Shown in pieces: positions 27,385 to 37,940 of a DNA stretch of 64,000 nucleotides; the first letter of the stretch is position 1; every line of letters starts with the position of its first letter. The notes beneath the pieces are model-generated. The model saw nothing but the letters and a program-made list of their open reading frames with translations, did no database searches and was not told where the DNA came from. The DNA comes from Lama glama (lineage: Eukaryota): contig CM052816.1 in NCBI GenBank assembly GCA_028534125.1, forward strand, positions 32,490,001-32,554,000, in the 5' to 3' direction. Position numbers and translations under genes: made by a program.

Positions 27385-27565
27385 CAGTGGTTCTCAACTG
27401 AGGGTGATTTTGCACATCAGGGGCATTTGGCAAAATTTGGGGATTTTTTGGTTGTCACAACTGGGCAAGAGGAGCTACTGACATCTCAAGGGTAGAAGCT
27501 ACAAATGCTGCTAATTACCCTACAGTGGACAGGACAGCATCCCCCAACAAAGGATTGTCTGGTTC
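27385..27565 (+). mobile_element. MER20 hAT-Charlie DNA transposon (3'-truncated)
   Basis: cagtggttctcaactgagggtgattttgc...tttttggttgtcacaactggg...ctacagtggacaggacagc...acaaaggattgtctgg. Confidence 0.85.
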
Positions 27566-27717
27566 TATTCAGATACAACCTAACACAAACTACTGAAGAA
27601 AAGATGAGCTTCCCATCTTGTATTGCAATAAAAATAACAAACCATTGTCCATATGGCTAATGGAAAGTCTAGTCTGGACATCTTACCCTGAAACTTAGAT
27701 TTAACTTTATCACTACC

Positions 27718-28029
27718 TGCTATGGTTTAAATGTTTGTGTCCCCCTAAAATTCTTATGCCAGAAACTTAAACCCCAAAGCGAAGGTCTTTAGGATGTGGG
27801 GTCTTTGGGATTAGTACCCTTAAAAAAAAGGGTGAATCAAGCTCCCTAGCCCCTTCTACCATGTGAGGATACAACAGTAAGTCTTCAACCTAGAAGAGGG
27901 CCCTCACATGACCATGCTGGCACCCTGATCTCAGACTTCTGGCCTCTAAAACTATGAGAAATAAATTCTCTTGTTTATAAGCCACCAGTCTGTGGTATTT
28001 TCTCATAGCAGCTTGAACAGACTAAGACA
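27718..28029 (+). mobile_element. ERVL-MaLR solo LTR (MLT1A/MST-like)
   Basis: TG...CA termini: tgctatggtttaaatgtttgtgtcccc...gctggcaccctgatctcagacttc...aataaattctcttgtttataagccacc...actaagaca. Confidence 0.88.
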
Positions 28030-28324
28030 CCACCCATGCTGAAAAGCAATAAAAGCTCTGTATTACTTTAAGTTTAGTTCAAAGTTAGTTCAACTTCACA
28101 TAATAGAATTCAAGAACAATTATGCTAATGGGGCTGCAAAAAGTATGATCCACCATCAACCAAGAAAATGATAAGCCCTAGAGAAGGACAGCCACTACCT
28201 ATGGGAGATAATAAACAATGCTTTCCCCCCCAAATTGCTTTCAAGTCACTTTCAAACAATGGATGATAAATGGCATTTTTAATCCTTTTTTTCAAGGAAA
28301 AAAGACTTCTTGAAAAATTGAGGG

Positions 28325-28595
28325 GACATGTAAGTCTGAGGATCTAATATATAACATGGTGTGTATAGGGGATAAAGCTATATTGTATAAATGAAATTTG
28401 CTAAAATAGTAGAACTTAAGTGTTCAACAATAGAAAAAGGCAAATATGTGAGGTGATGGAGGTGATGGTTTATTAACTCAATGGCGGGATGGTGGGGATC
28501 CTTTCACAATGTGTGTGTGTATTAAATCATCACAATGCATAGTTTAAATATATTACGACTCATTTGTAATCACACCTTAATAAAGCTAGAAAAAT
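28325..28595 (+). mobile_element. L1 (L1MA-like) 3'UTR end
   Basis: gatctaatatataacatggtg...aaatttgctaaaatagtagaacttaagtgttc...tgtgaggtgatgga...aataaagctagaaaaa. Confidence 0.8.
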
Positions 28596-31500
28596 ACTTT
28601 CAATTTTTTTTAACCCAAGGGAGTATTTATATAGTACTTCATTTTATACAGCCGCAACATGGATATCATATTTAAATTTTAGAAACCTAGTGCAGTGTGG
28701 AAAAGGGGTACTTCTATCCCAGTCACATCTAATTTACTAACCTATCAAAACCCACAGCCAATCTTATATTAACAGAAATGTTGGTGTATGATTACTTGCT
28801 TCAACCTATGTTTATAAGATCATTGACTATGTACCTTACATGGTTGTTATCAAAAGATGTAAGTATTCACATATATACTTAACATGATTTGTGAAAAACT
28901 ACTGCTTTTCACTTTTCCCCATTTTTCTTAGATGTTTCCTTTACCAATCCAAATGGAATGAAAATGATCATTCTTGGTAAGTGAGATGCATATAATGTAA
29001 ATCCCCAACTTCTAATTGTTTTTCTAATTTATAGGGAAGTTTCTGATCAAAGCATCAAAACTGACTCACAATATTCCCTTAGGAACAACAGGATGATTAG
29101 AAAGTAACTTCATTTAAAAGTTAATGGATGAACTGTATACTTAACTGTGTGAATTGTATAGTATATCTCAATAAAGCTGTTTAAAAAAATTAACAGAATT
29201 TCCATCTTGCTGTCATATTGGTTTCATTAACTCCGTTAAATACACTAAGGGAAAAATAAGCACCTCAGTGTTTATTACATTACTGCTCAGAGGACTAAAA
29301 TGTTGAAATGAAAACACTAATCTACTTATTTGCAGCAGTAATTTTGTGGACTAAATCATCAAACCTTGTGAACTTTTCCATAAAAACCTTTTGCTAATCA
29401 AATGACAACTTATAAAAATAGTCTGAGTCACATTCAAGTTCTGCCTTCTAAGAGAACAAAAAGAAAGATTTCTATCTCCTCCAGCACAGAAAACTACAAA
29501 GGACATAACAAAAGTTTTTCTGAACAAACATTGCTCAAAAAACCAAGAGACCAACCACAGCAGAAATTCTTCCTAAAATAAACAACAGAGATAGCAAACA
29601 GCTAAAAGCTATTGTGCTGCTCAACAAACAACCAACAGCATTCAGTTTATATAAACTTGGGTTTTTAAATCTTGAACAGGGCTCATACCACAAAATGCAT
29701 GCAAAAGACTTTCTGCTTGTCAAGGTGAGGTTACCTCTAAAGCAAGTTAAGAAGGCAAATTTCTACGTCACATGAGTATGAATACGCAAAATGTTTTATT
29801 TTTCTAATTATTTTTGAAACAGAAAATTAGTTTTTATTTAAACACTACTTATCTTCATGCAAGATGTGTTAACTATTGTCTTCAGTTTGAAACGCTCTCC
29901 ACGGGAACAGACACATCAATTTTTCTCTCTAAAGTCAATGATAAACTTTGATCTGAGTTGCAGAAAATCACTTCATAACTAACTTTTCAATGAGTAATTT
30001 GGTTCTTAAACAAATTCAATGAGTGTTTTTCAAAACAGCACACAGAAAAAAGTGTCTCACTAAGCCTCTCTCCTATTTCTTCTACTTAAATTTACTACAG
30101 TTAATCTTTTTCAACACACAATGCATTATTATAACAGTAATGTAAGCAAATTCTTAAGTAACTATTTATGAATCAGTAAAATTCTTTCCATTAAGGGATG
30201 AAATATGTGAATAATTTTAACACAAAATTAGATGTCTTCCTTTGAGATAGAATGTGAAAAAGGTCATCCAAAAATAAATACTAGGAAATATTTTTTAAAA
30301 ACCATCTTTCTATTTTAATTTCAGGGGAAAATGTCACATGCTTAACTTTGGCTTTAATTAATAAAAATCAAAATTATCAAGAGTACTATCTGGGGGGCGG
30401 GGCAAACACTATAACGGTAGGTAGTTACTGGCTATTAACTTTAAAGTAATTGTTTACTATTTTATTTACAAACTAAAGTAGGAGTTAAAGAAAATGCCAA
30501 GTATGTACAGAACAACAAAATACATGTATGCATTCAACGTCTGAATCCCATCTACATGCAAGATGCTGTTCATATATCACACTATTTATAAACATGTGTT
30601 TAATTTAGCACATACCACAAGTAGATAGGTGCTTAACACGTGCATTTTATGGTAGCATGGTAGTTACAGATAATGTGTTTAACTTCGCCAAACAACATCT
30701 GTGTTACATATATGGCCATCAAAATAATTGTGGTATGCTTTTGTGACACTCAAAGAGGCCAAGCCTGCTGCAAAATGATTACTTCCAACACAAGTGTCCT
30801 TAAATTATTGTTTAGTTAAATGGCATATATCCAAAATAATAGCATTATAAAGTTGCTATTGCCTTTGAATCATTCACCAATTTTCAACCGATTTGTAAAA
30901 TAAGATAAGCATCATCAGGTTATAAAAAGTAATTATGGATCAGGATTTTTGATTCATGTTTCTTTGACAAAATTATTCCATTTGATCCCAAGTTTTGGCT
31001 GCTCTCTTGACAGAATAATGTACATGCTCCACAGCTGACAAGAGTAAGGCTTTCATGATTAAATAGGAAGCTCACACACCAGATGACTCCAGACTGCAGA
31101 CTTCAGAAAGATTTCTTTGTTGTTTTAGCATCAGATCATCAGTTATCTTTCTCTAATTGCTTCTAAGCCAAAAAGAATCTATGCATTATCAAAAATCTAT
31201 GATCTTTTTGTGATTTTTGCCTATTTTATTAGCACAGTACACCAAAGAATGTTAAATTATCTTGTAAAGTTCTTTTCCTGATTTTATGGGTAAGGGGGTG
31301 CGGAGGGAAGGGTTGGGGGTTGAGACATAAAGAAAAGTTAAAAATATACAATGAACACTCTTCCCCAAGAGTTTTTTATTGGCCTTGAAAGGAAACACAG
31401 AATCTGACCAACTTTTACTTATTATAATTAAAGAGGAAATAATATTCAAAACAATTCCCTTAAGGGTTCACTTTACCTTGTGGCTTTTTAACTGATCATT

Positions 31501-32259
31501 TTGCCCCCTTTCTCCTGCAAAAAAATGACAGCTGTGAAATTAGAATTCTGTACACCAAGGATGGCAGCAACAAAGCTGAAGCTTTTGGCCAGGAACAGTT
31601 ACTCTGGTGTGCAGAAAGCTATGTAAAAGCTGATTCACACAAGGAAATGCCCAGAGCCTACGCCATTAGGATTAACTTCTGTGATGACAAGACCAGGAGA
31701 GGACAATTGGCAGCCTGAACTTGATTTCTCAGACGGCTTGTTCTACGGGAGGGAGGTGGGGGAAAGACGGTTTCCCTTCATCAGACCCAGCAGCTGAGGT
31801 ATCTAAAATACCTAAGTTATTTAAAACTGAAGGAGAAAGGGAAACAAAACAACAAAAAAGCTCCAGATTCGATCATCTCTAGGTAGCTACGTTGTTGCTA
31901 GAGAAAAACAAGCGCGCAGGCGCGTCTGTCAGGTTGTCAACCATAAACACAAGAAGTCATCAAAATTAAGGAAGTGGATGTCTGCAAAGCTCCCACAGCC
32001 TTTTTGTTTGGGTTCTCTAATGCTAATAGCAGTAATTGCATTTTAATGACCTACAAAGAGGTGCAAAGTTATTAGCTCGCTTGGAGAGACGTTTACTTAA
32101 ACGTGGGGATAAAGCCAGGTTACTTTTGGAAAAGGAAATTATTTCTTGGTCAAAAGTAGCATTACCCTACCAGAAACACAGGCGACACAATCACAATCAC
32201 CCAATGTGTGTGTTTCAACGAGTGAACTATTTTACCTCCCCAATAACCCTACCAAGAAA

Positions 32260-34200
32260 AAAAAGCCTTCAACAAAGGCGAGGAAAATTGTGCCTTCAAC
32301 ACTTCCTGTATATTCAACTCTGCGCCTCTTTGGGAGCTGCGAGGGCTTTAAACGCTTTTGGAGGAACCGATATAGGCAAGAGTTTGCGTCTCAGTTGCAG
32401 AACCGTGGACTGTACCTCAGAGTTGGTGCGTGGACTACCCTACGCGACGTCAAACTTACTTTCCTTCATGAGGGACTCAAAGTTAACCCACCCTGACATG
32501 TCCACCATCCACCTGAGCGCAGGGAGCAGCTGCCGCTCGTTCCCACCGCGCGCAGACCCCGCCGCCTGCCCGCCCGTGACAGCCCTCGGACAAAGCCGCG
32601 GCCACTTGAGCCCGTCCGGCTGCCGCCCCCCACCCCTCACACCCACCTCCACCACAGGCTCCCGGCCCGCACCTACCTTGATGCCCTGCTGCTGGGTGGT
32701 GAGGGTTAACTTGGATTCATTCAGAAGCAAAACTTCGCAGTAAAATTCTTCCGGAACAGCGCAGAAACAGCCCATGTCGGCTGTGGCCGGCCCCAGCGAG
32801 GCGAGAAAGCGGCGACCCAGGCGTTCAGCCGCCCCTCCGCTCAAACGTGAGGCATTAATTTACTGTCCGCGCCTCGGCGAGGAGTAGAGGACCAGCTCCC
32901 GGCGAGGTCCAGGGCCGCGCGGACAGGCTGCCGGGCGCGGGCGGGAGGTAAGGAGAGCGGAGAAGCCCGGGAGAGTCAGCGCCCGGGAGGCGCCGGGGAA
33001 GAGCCGGCGGAACTGGGTGCGGAGGGCGGCGGCGCGTCCCCGCGCATCCTGCGGCTCTCGCTCCTCCGAAGAGGGGGCGCCGCGGCCCCTCCCACAGGCC
33101 CTGAGGACGACACAAGTCGTCTGTCAGAGGGGGTAAGAGGCAAGAAAAAGGAGGGACAAGAGCTCCAGGCCCTTGCCGGACTTGGAAGCCCCTAGAAGCT
33201 CTACAGCCCCTTCCACCCACGCCCCCTAGAGCGCTGCCGCCCCACCCGCCTCCCCTCCACCTCCGCGGTCCCCAGCGGGCGCGCACTTCCACCTCAGACC
33301 CCACCCCACAGTCCCCTGTCCGGTCCGCCGAATGGGAAGCACTCGGCTGTTCCTTTGTGTCAGGGGTACCCACGACGTCCCGGCCCTACTGCAGAGGCAG
33401 TGGCGAGGGTCGTCACTCAGTCTGCTACCCAACCCGCGGGCACCGAGAAGCCAGAGAAAGGTCAGAAAAGGCAGCGGGCTCCTTACCGCGACCGGCGAGT
33501 GGAGGTCAGCTCGTCGTGGGGCACTGCTCCCGTCTGGGGATCCCCGAGTTCATCACGGGTCTATGTGTGCCCAAGTTCAAGCTCTCCCTCCCTCCGAGAA
33601 CCCTTGCTCTGTCGGCGGAGTGCTGCTTCTCCACAAGACGGAGAGAAGCGGTCAGTCGGGGGACTTGCGGGTGGGCGGAGGAGCGGGCGCCCTGGCTGGG
33701 AACGCGGCCGGCGGGCGGATGGGGTGTGCCCTGGGCGCGCCAGGCCGCGGCGGCTCCCGGGAAAGTTCTCTGGCGGTGCGGGGGGTGGCGCCCGGGGCGG
33801 GAGCGGCCCAGGTGCAGCTGGGCCTGGCCCAGGCGCCTGCAGAAGGCTCTGGAGCGAAGAGGGGGACCCAGTGGCCAGGAAGGGGGCGTCCCTTCTGGGC
33901 AGGGTCTCGGCTGGGGATGGAGGACGGAGCCGAGGTGGTCAAATGGCGAGGTGCGGGAAGGTCCGCACAAGAACCCGCGCGGGGCTGTAGCGGATCCGCC
34001 TCTCCGTCCGCAGCCCTGGCGCTGATCGCTGTGTGGGTTTCCCCGGGAAACCCGGAGGCTTGCTCTAGGAAGGCAGGGCACAGCTCTGCTGGGACCCCGG
34101 CGTTCGGCGCTCACAGTCCCACGCCCTGTGCGCGACCGGCTGTGTCCAGGACTGGCGGGCACAATAGCTCTGAGGCTGCAGTGACCCCTGGTGGGTCCTC
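32260..34200. promoter_or_regulatory. CpG island / (probably bidirectional) promoter and 5'UTR of EPB41L4A
   Basis: Very GC-rich with dense CpGs, in sharp contrast to the CpG-depleted AT-rich flanks. Contains GC-box-like motifs and spans the first coding exon. Confidence 0.92.
32677..32775 (-). CDS. EPB41L4A: EPB41L4A (band 4.1-like protein 4A / NBL4) coding exon 1, 33 codons, start of FERM domain
   Basis: Translates [33 protein letters not shown], matching the EPB41L4A N-terminus as I recall it. Strong Kozak context gccgacATGG at 32775. Ends at a canonical phase-0 donor AAG|GTAGGT (GT at 32676-32675). Lies in a CpG island. Confidence 0.96.
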
Positions 34201-34700
34201 GTGTCCGTGCACAAGCAGCCAAAGCTGAGCTGCAAGTGAGGCAGGGCCCCCGCTGGCCTTCGGAGCAGGTGCAGTTTGTGCTTTCCAGCTGGAAACCCTC
34301 CCAGCGAGTTAATGCAAGTGGAAGTTAGAGGAGACGCAGGGGAGGACGCGGAATTGACGGTAGGCAGCCCAGAAATCTTCTCTACTTTATACTGAGTGTT
34401 AGAAAGAGCAGGAGCTTTGGCATCAGACATAGTTTTGAGTCCTCTCCTCGACAACTTTTAAGCACAAAATATTTGCTTAAAACCTTCGACGTTAGTACTT
34501 TTAAAAACAAAAACAAAAACAACCCTTGGCACCCGCAGCACAGTAGAATGGAAATGCACGATGCAACTTGGGAAGGAATTTCCTCCCATAGTTATTTGCC
34601 ACAAAGGACCTTTTGTAGGAAGCCTCCTTCCCTGTTGTCTCAGCCCCATCTAAACATGAATTAGCACAACCCTCAACGTGCCATAAACCCACCATGTTTC
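33300..34700 (+). ncRNA. Putative syntenic position of the divergent lncRNA EPB41L4A-DT (EPB41L4A-AS2)
   Basis: Human has a head-to-head lncRNA at this promoter, and the CpG island extends ~1.2 kb upstream of exon 1. Transcription and boundaries cannot be seen from sequence. Confidence 0.3.
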
Positions 34701-35364
34701 ATATGAACTTTACCTAGAGCTAAGAATCAAACCTTGGTCTATCTTTCAAGCTTTCTGTGAGATTGAAGCAGGTTTTGAATTTCTAACCAAATTCTGTGTC
34801 CTACTTTGGGTTGCACTGACAAAGTTTTTTGCCTGACATAAGCAGACCTCTTATTATTCTGGATTTTAGCATCTTGACTTGTGGAAGCTTTTCTGTAATA
34901 TTCCTGACACAAATTACCAAATGTAATGAAAGACTGCATAAGGGATTTTCATTCTTTACCCCGGTATCCAGTAGAGCACCTAGGGTTGCAAAAACAACAG
35001 CTAAGGCCCAAATGTAATAATGTGTTTGCCAGTTTTGAGTTTTGCTGCCATCTGTTTTATGTCCTTTGATTTTGTGGTTTTGTTTTGCTCAAATGGTAGT
35101 GGAAAGGCTGGGCACTGGGAGTAGGACAGGGATTCTGTTCTAGGCTCCTCACAAAAAAGTGTACAAAGCCATGGAGACCTGTACTGGGTGAGGTCACCCA
35201 GACCTTTTCTGGGTAAGGCACTTTCTTTTCCATCTCTTTATCAGACTGGAGAAAAGAAAAATCCATCTAACACCAAATTAGAGTTTCCTGGAGGAAACAG
35301 GAATTCCACAGGTTTGTTGTTAGTGGTTTTTTTGTTTTTGTTTTTTAACAGTCTACTGAGCTAT

Positions 35365-36002
35365 TGAAACCAAGCAGGACACTGGGAACTTCCCAGGAAC
35401 AGACCCAACCCCTGTGTCCCCCATCCCCCCATTGAAAAGCTTTAGCCTCCTAGGCCGTCCCCAAGTTCCAAAGACAAAATTTAACTAGAGAAGTGAAGAA
35501 CATGAAGAAACAGAGGAAAACAGTCAAGCAAGACAAAATAAAAATAGTTTAGCCATAAAACAAAGTCAAGGACCTTTAGGTCTTCCTCCAGGGCTACAGA
35601 CAATATTCTGAGCCATATCCATGAGTTGTTTTGAAGATATTAAGACCCCCACCAGATGGGAGACATTGACGGCTGACCACCAGCACATAGACCCCAGAGT
35701 GGTTGGAACTAGAAGGTTCATGATACCTGTTACCTCATCACAATCAGAAGGATGTCTACCAACTGATCAGGCACCCTGCAACCCTCTCCCTCATCTTGTC
35801 TTTAAAAACCCTTCTCTGAAAGCCATTGGGAGGCTCAGGTCTTTTGAGCATGAGCTGCTCATTCTCCTTGCAGTAATTGAGCATCTTTGCCCTATGTTGG
35901 GTGCTTTGCAATAAACACAGAACTTTCCTTCACCACAGTTCAGTGTCAGTAGATTGGCTTTACTTCTGGCAGGCAAGCAGACCCAAGTTTGGTTCGGTAA
36001 CA
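35365..36002 (+). mobile_element. ERV1-class solo LTR
   Basis: TG...CA termini (tgaaacc...ggtaaca) and perfect 4-bp TSD CTAT at 35361-35364 and 36003-36006. TATA-like tttaaaaa at 35801-35808 and AATAAA at 35910-35915. Confidence 0.88.
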
Positions 36003-36502
36003 CTATAACTGGCACACAATAAACTGCATATATTTAAAGTATACAATTTGTTAAGTTTTGACATATGTATACATGAACCATCACTACAATCAAGCTAGTA
36101 AACCCATCCATCACCCCCTGAAGTTTCCTCCTGTACTTCTGTAATCTCTCTGTCTCACTCCTCAACACACCTCACCTCCCAGACAACTACTGTTTTGCTT
36201 TCTGTCACTATAGATTATCTACATTTTCTAGCTTTATATAAATGGAATGGTAGTGCCAGATTTTTGTTTGTTTGGTTGGTTTTTGGTATTTGGTTTTTTT
36301 TTTTTTTTTGGTCTGACTTGTTTCACTTAGAATAATTATTTTGAGATTTATCCATGTTGTATATATCAATAGTTTGTTCATTTGTATTGCTCAGTATTTC
36401 TTTATATATGTATACTACGATTTGTTTATCCATTCATTTGTCTGGTTTCCAGTTTTTGACTATTACAAATAATACAAATGTTACAAACTTTGGTGTGGGG
36501 AC

Positions 36503-36885
36503 TGTAATAGTCAGCTCCAGATACCAAAACAAAATGCCATAGGCTGGGTGGCTTAGACACCAGGCACTTATTTTCTCACAGTTCTGGATGCTGAAAGTCC
36601 AAGATCACAATGCCAGCATGGCTGCCTTCTGGTGAAACCTCTTCTCCTGGCTTATAGGTGGCTGCCATCCCACTGTGTGCTCCTCTTTGTTGAGAAGTGT
36701 TGGGGAGAGCTTAAGCTCTATGTGTCTTTTCTCATATGAACACCAAACCTATCCTATCAGGGCCCACACTTACGACTCTTTTAACCTTAATTACCTCCTA
36801 ATAGACCCTATCTCCAGCTACAATCACTTTCGGCGTTAGAGCTTCATCATATAAATTTGAAAGAGACACAGTTCATTCCATAGCA
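36503..36885 (-). mobile_element. ERVL-MaLR solo LTR (MLT1A-like)
   Basis: ccataggctgggtggctta...ttctcacagttctggatgctgaaagtccaagatc...ttaaccttaattacctcc...ttcattccatagca. Confidence 0.85.
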
Positions 36886-37771
36886 AGGATCCATGTCTTT
36901 GTGTGGACACGTGCTTTTACTTCTTTTGAAATCAAAAAGAGTGGAGTCATTGGATCAGAAGATAAACAAATGGCAAATAAGCACATGAAAAGATGCTCAA
37001 CATTATTTGTCATTAAGGAAATCCAAGTTAAACTTACCATAAGATACCACTACAGTCCTAATATAATGGCAGCTACACCACCATAGCGAGTATTGGTGAA
37101 GGTGAGGAACAGTGAAGGTGAGGAAGGTGAGGAACAGTGTTCTCATACACTGCTGGTGTGAATGTAAGATGGTACAATCACTTTGGATAACACTTTGACC
37201 ATTTCTTAAAAAGCTGAACATATACCTTCCACAGGATTTTGAAAGAAAACTTTCTCTGCCTATCCAGGGAAACACATTAACAAATTATTATTCAAACGTA
37301 TTTTTCCCCTGGAAAATTATATAGTTTTTCAACATGTGCATAACATAATATAGTCTATTTGAAGACTTGTGTCAAAACCTTTGATCTCTCTTCAGAGACT
37401 TTTTGGAAAATATTTTCTTTGGTCAAGATGATATTTTGTCATAAGTCTATGTGAATGAATCAAATGACAAATTCAAAGTAGATACAATTTTATGGAAACA
37501 TGTAGACAATCTGTGAAGGCCTGCAGGAATCCCATCCTAGAAGAAGTAACTTCACTTTACATAAAACAGAGCCCCACCCCTTGCTGAAACACCCCTTCCT
37601 GTTTAAATCACCATATTTTCTTTAGGAAGGTGTATTTAAACAATCCATGCCTTCTGTCATCTGTTTATAATTTTACATTTTCCAAACTTCAGAAAGAAAA
37701 CTGACTTGAAAAAAGAAAGGACGTCTTTGAAACATTGACAGTAAATAATTTAATTACTTAAATACCTGAAG

Positions 37772-37940
37772 GCAGTGCAGCAGAATCACCAGGGAAGACT
37801 TGTTAAAACACAGATTCTGACCACACCCCCAAAGCTTTGGATTCCATAGGTCTGGAATGGAGCCTGAGAATTTGCATTTCTAACAAGTTCCCAGGTGATC
37901 CTGATGCTGCTAGTTAGGAACTACTCTTTGAGAACCACTG
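37772..37940. mobile_element. MER5A hAT-Charlie DNA transposon
   Basis: agaatcacc...cttgttaaaacacagattc...gcctgagaatttgcatttctaacaagttcccaggtgat...tttgagaaccactg. Confidence 0.88.

Larger units (their letters stand above)
1..32676 (-). other. EPB41L4A: EPB41L4A intron 1 (proximal ~32.7 kb; continues beyond window start)
   Basis: Follows the exon 1 donor. The expected next peptide (KSTKGSVVLDHVF...) was not seen in the ORF track or by eye. Content is repeat-rich and non-coding. Confidence 0.85.
35313..37226 (-). mobile_element. Old L1 (L1MB/MC-like) 3' end with 5' inversion, hosting two nested LTRs
   Basis: T-rich tail at ~35313-35346, minus-strand 3'UTR to ~36958, then the adjacent upstream L1 segment on the plus strand at ~36959-37226. 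Flanked by ttccacagg at 35304-35312 and 37227-37235. Confidence 0.8.

Noticed and set aside
32440..32676. Continuation of the EPB41L4A ORF past GIK ([12 protein letters not shown]...)
   Set aside because: Read-through into intron 1 beyond a canonical AAG|GTAGGT donor; it does not resemble the FERM continuation.
32036..32743. 235-aa plus-strand ORF antisense to exon 1
   Set aside because: Non-ATG start, no recognisable homology, and it runs into GC-rich sequence; likely chance.
33332..34228. Long overlapping ORFs (298, 211 and 222 aa on +; 238 aa on -) with all three plus frames open
   Set aside because: Gly/Arg/Ala/Pro-rich translations with no recognisable domain. Stop-codon scarcity is expected in a CpG island, and simultaneous open frames argue against real coding.
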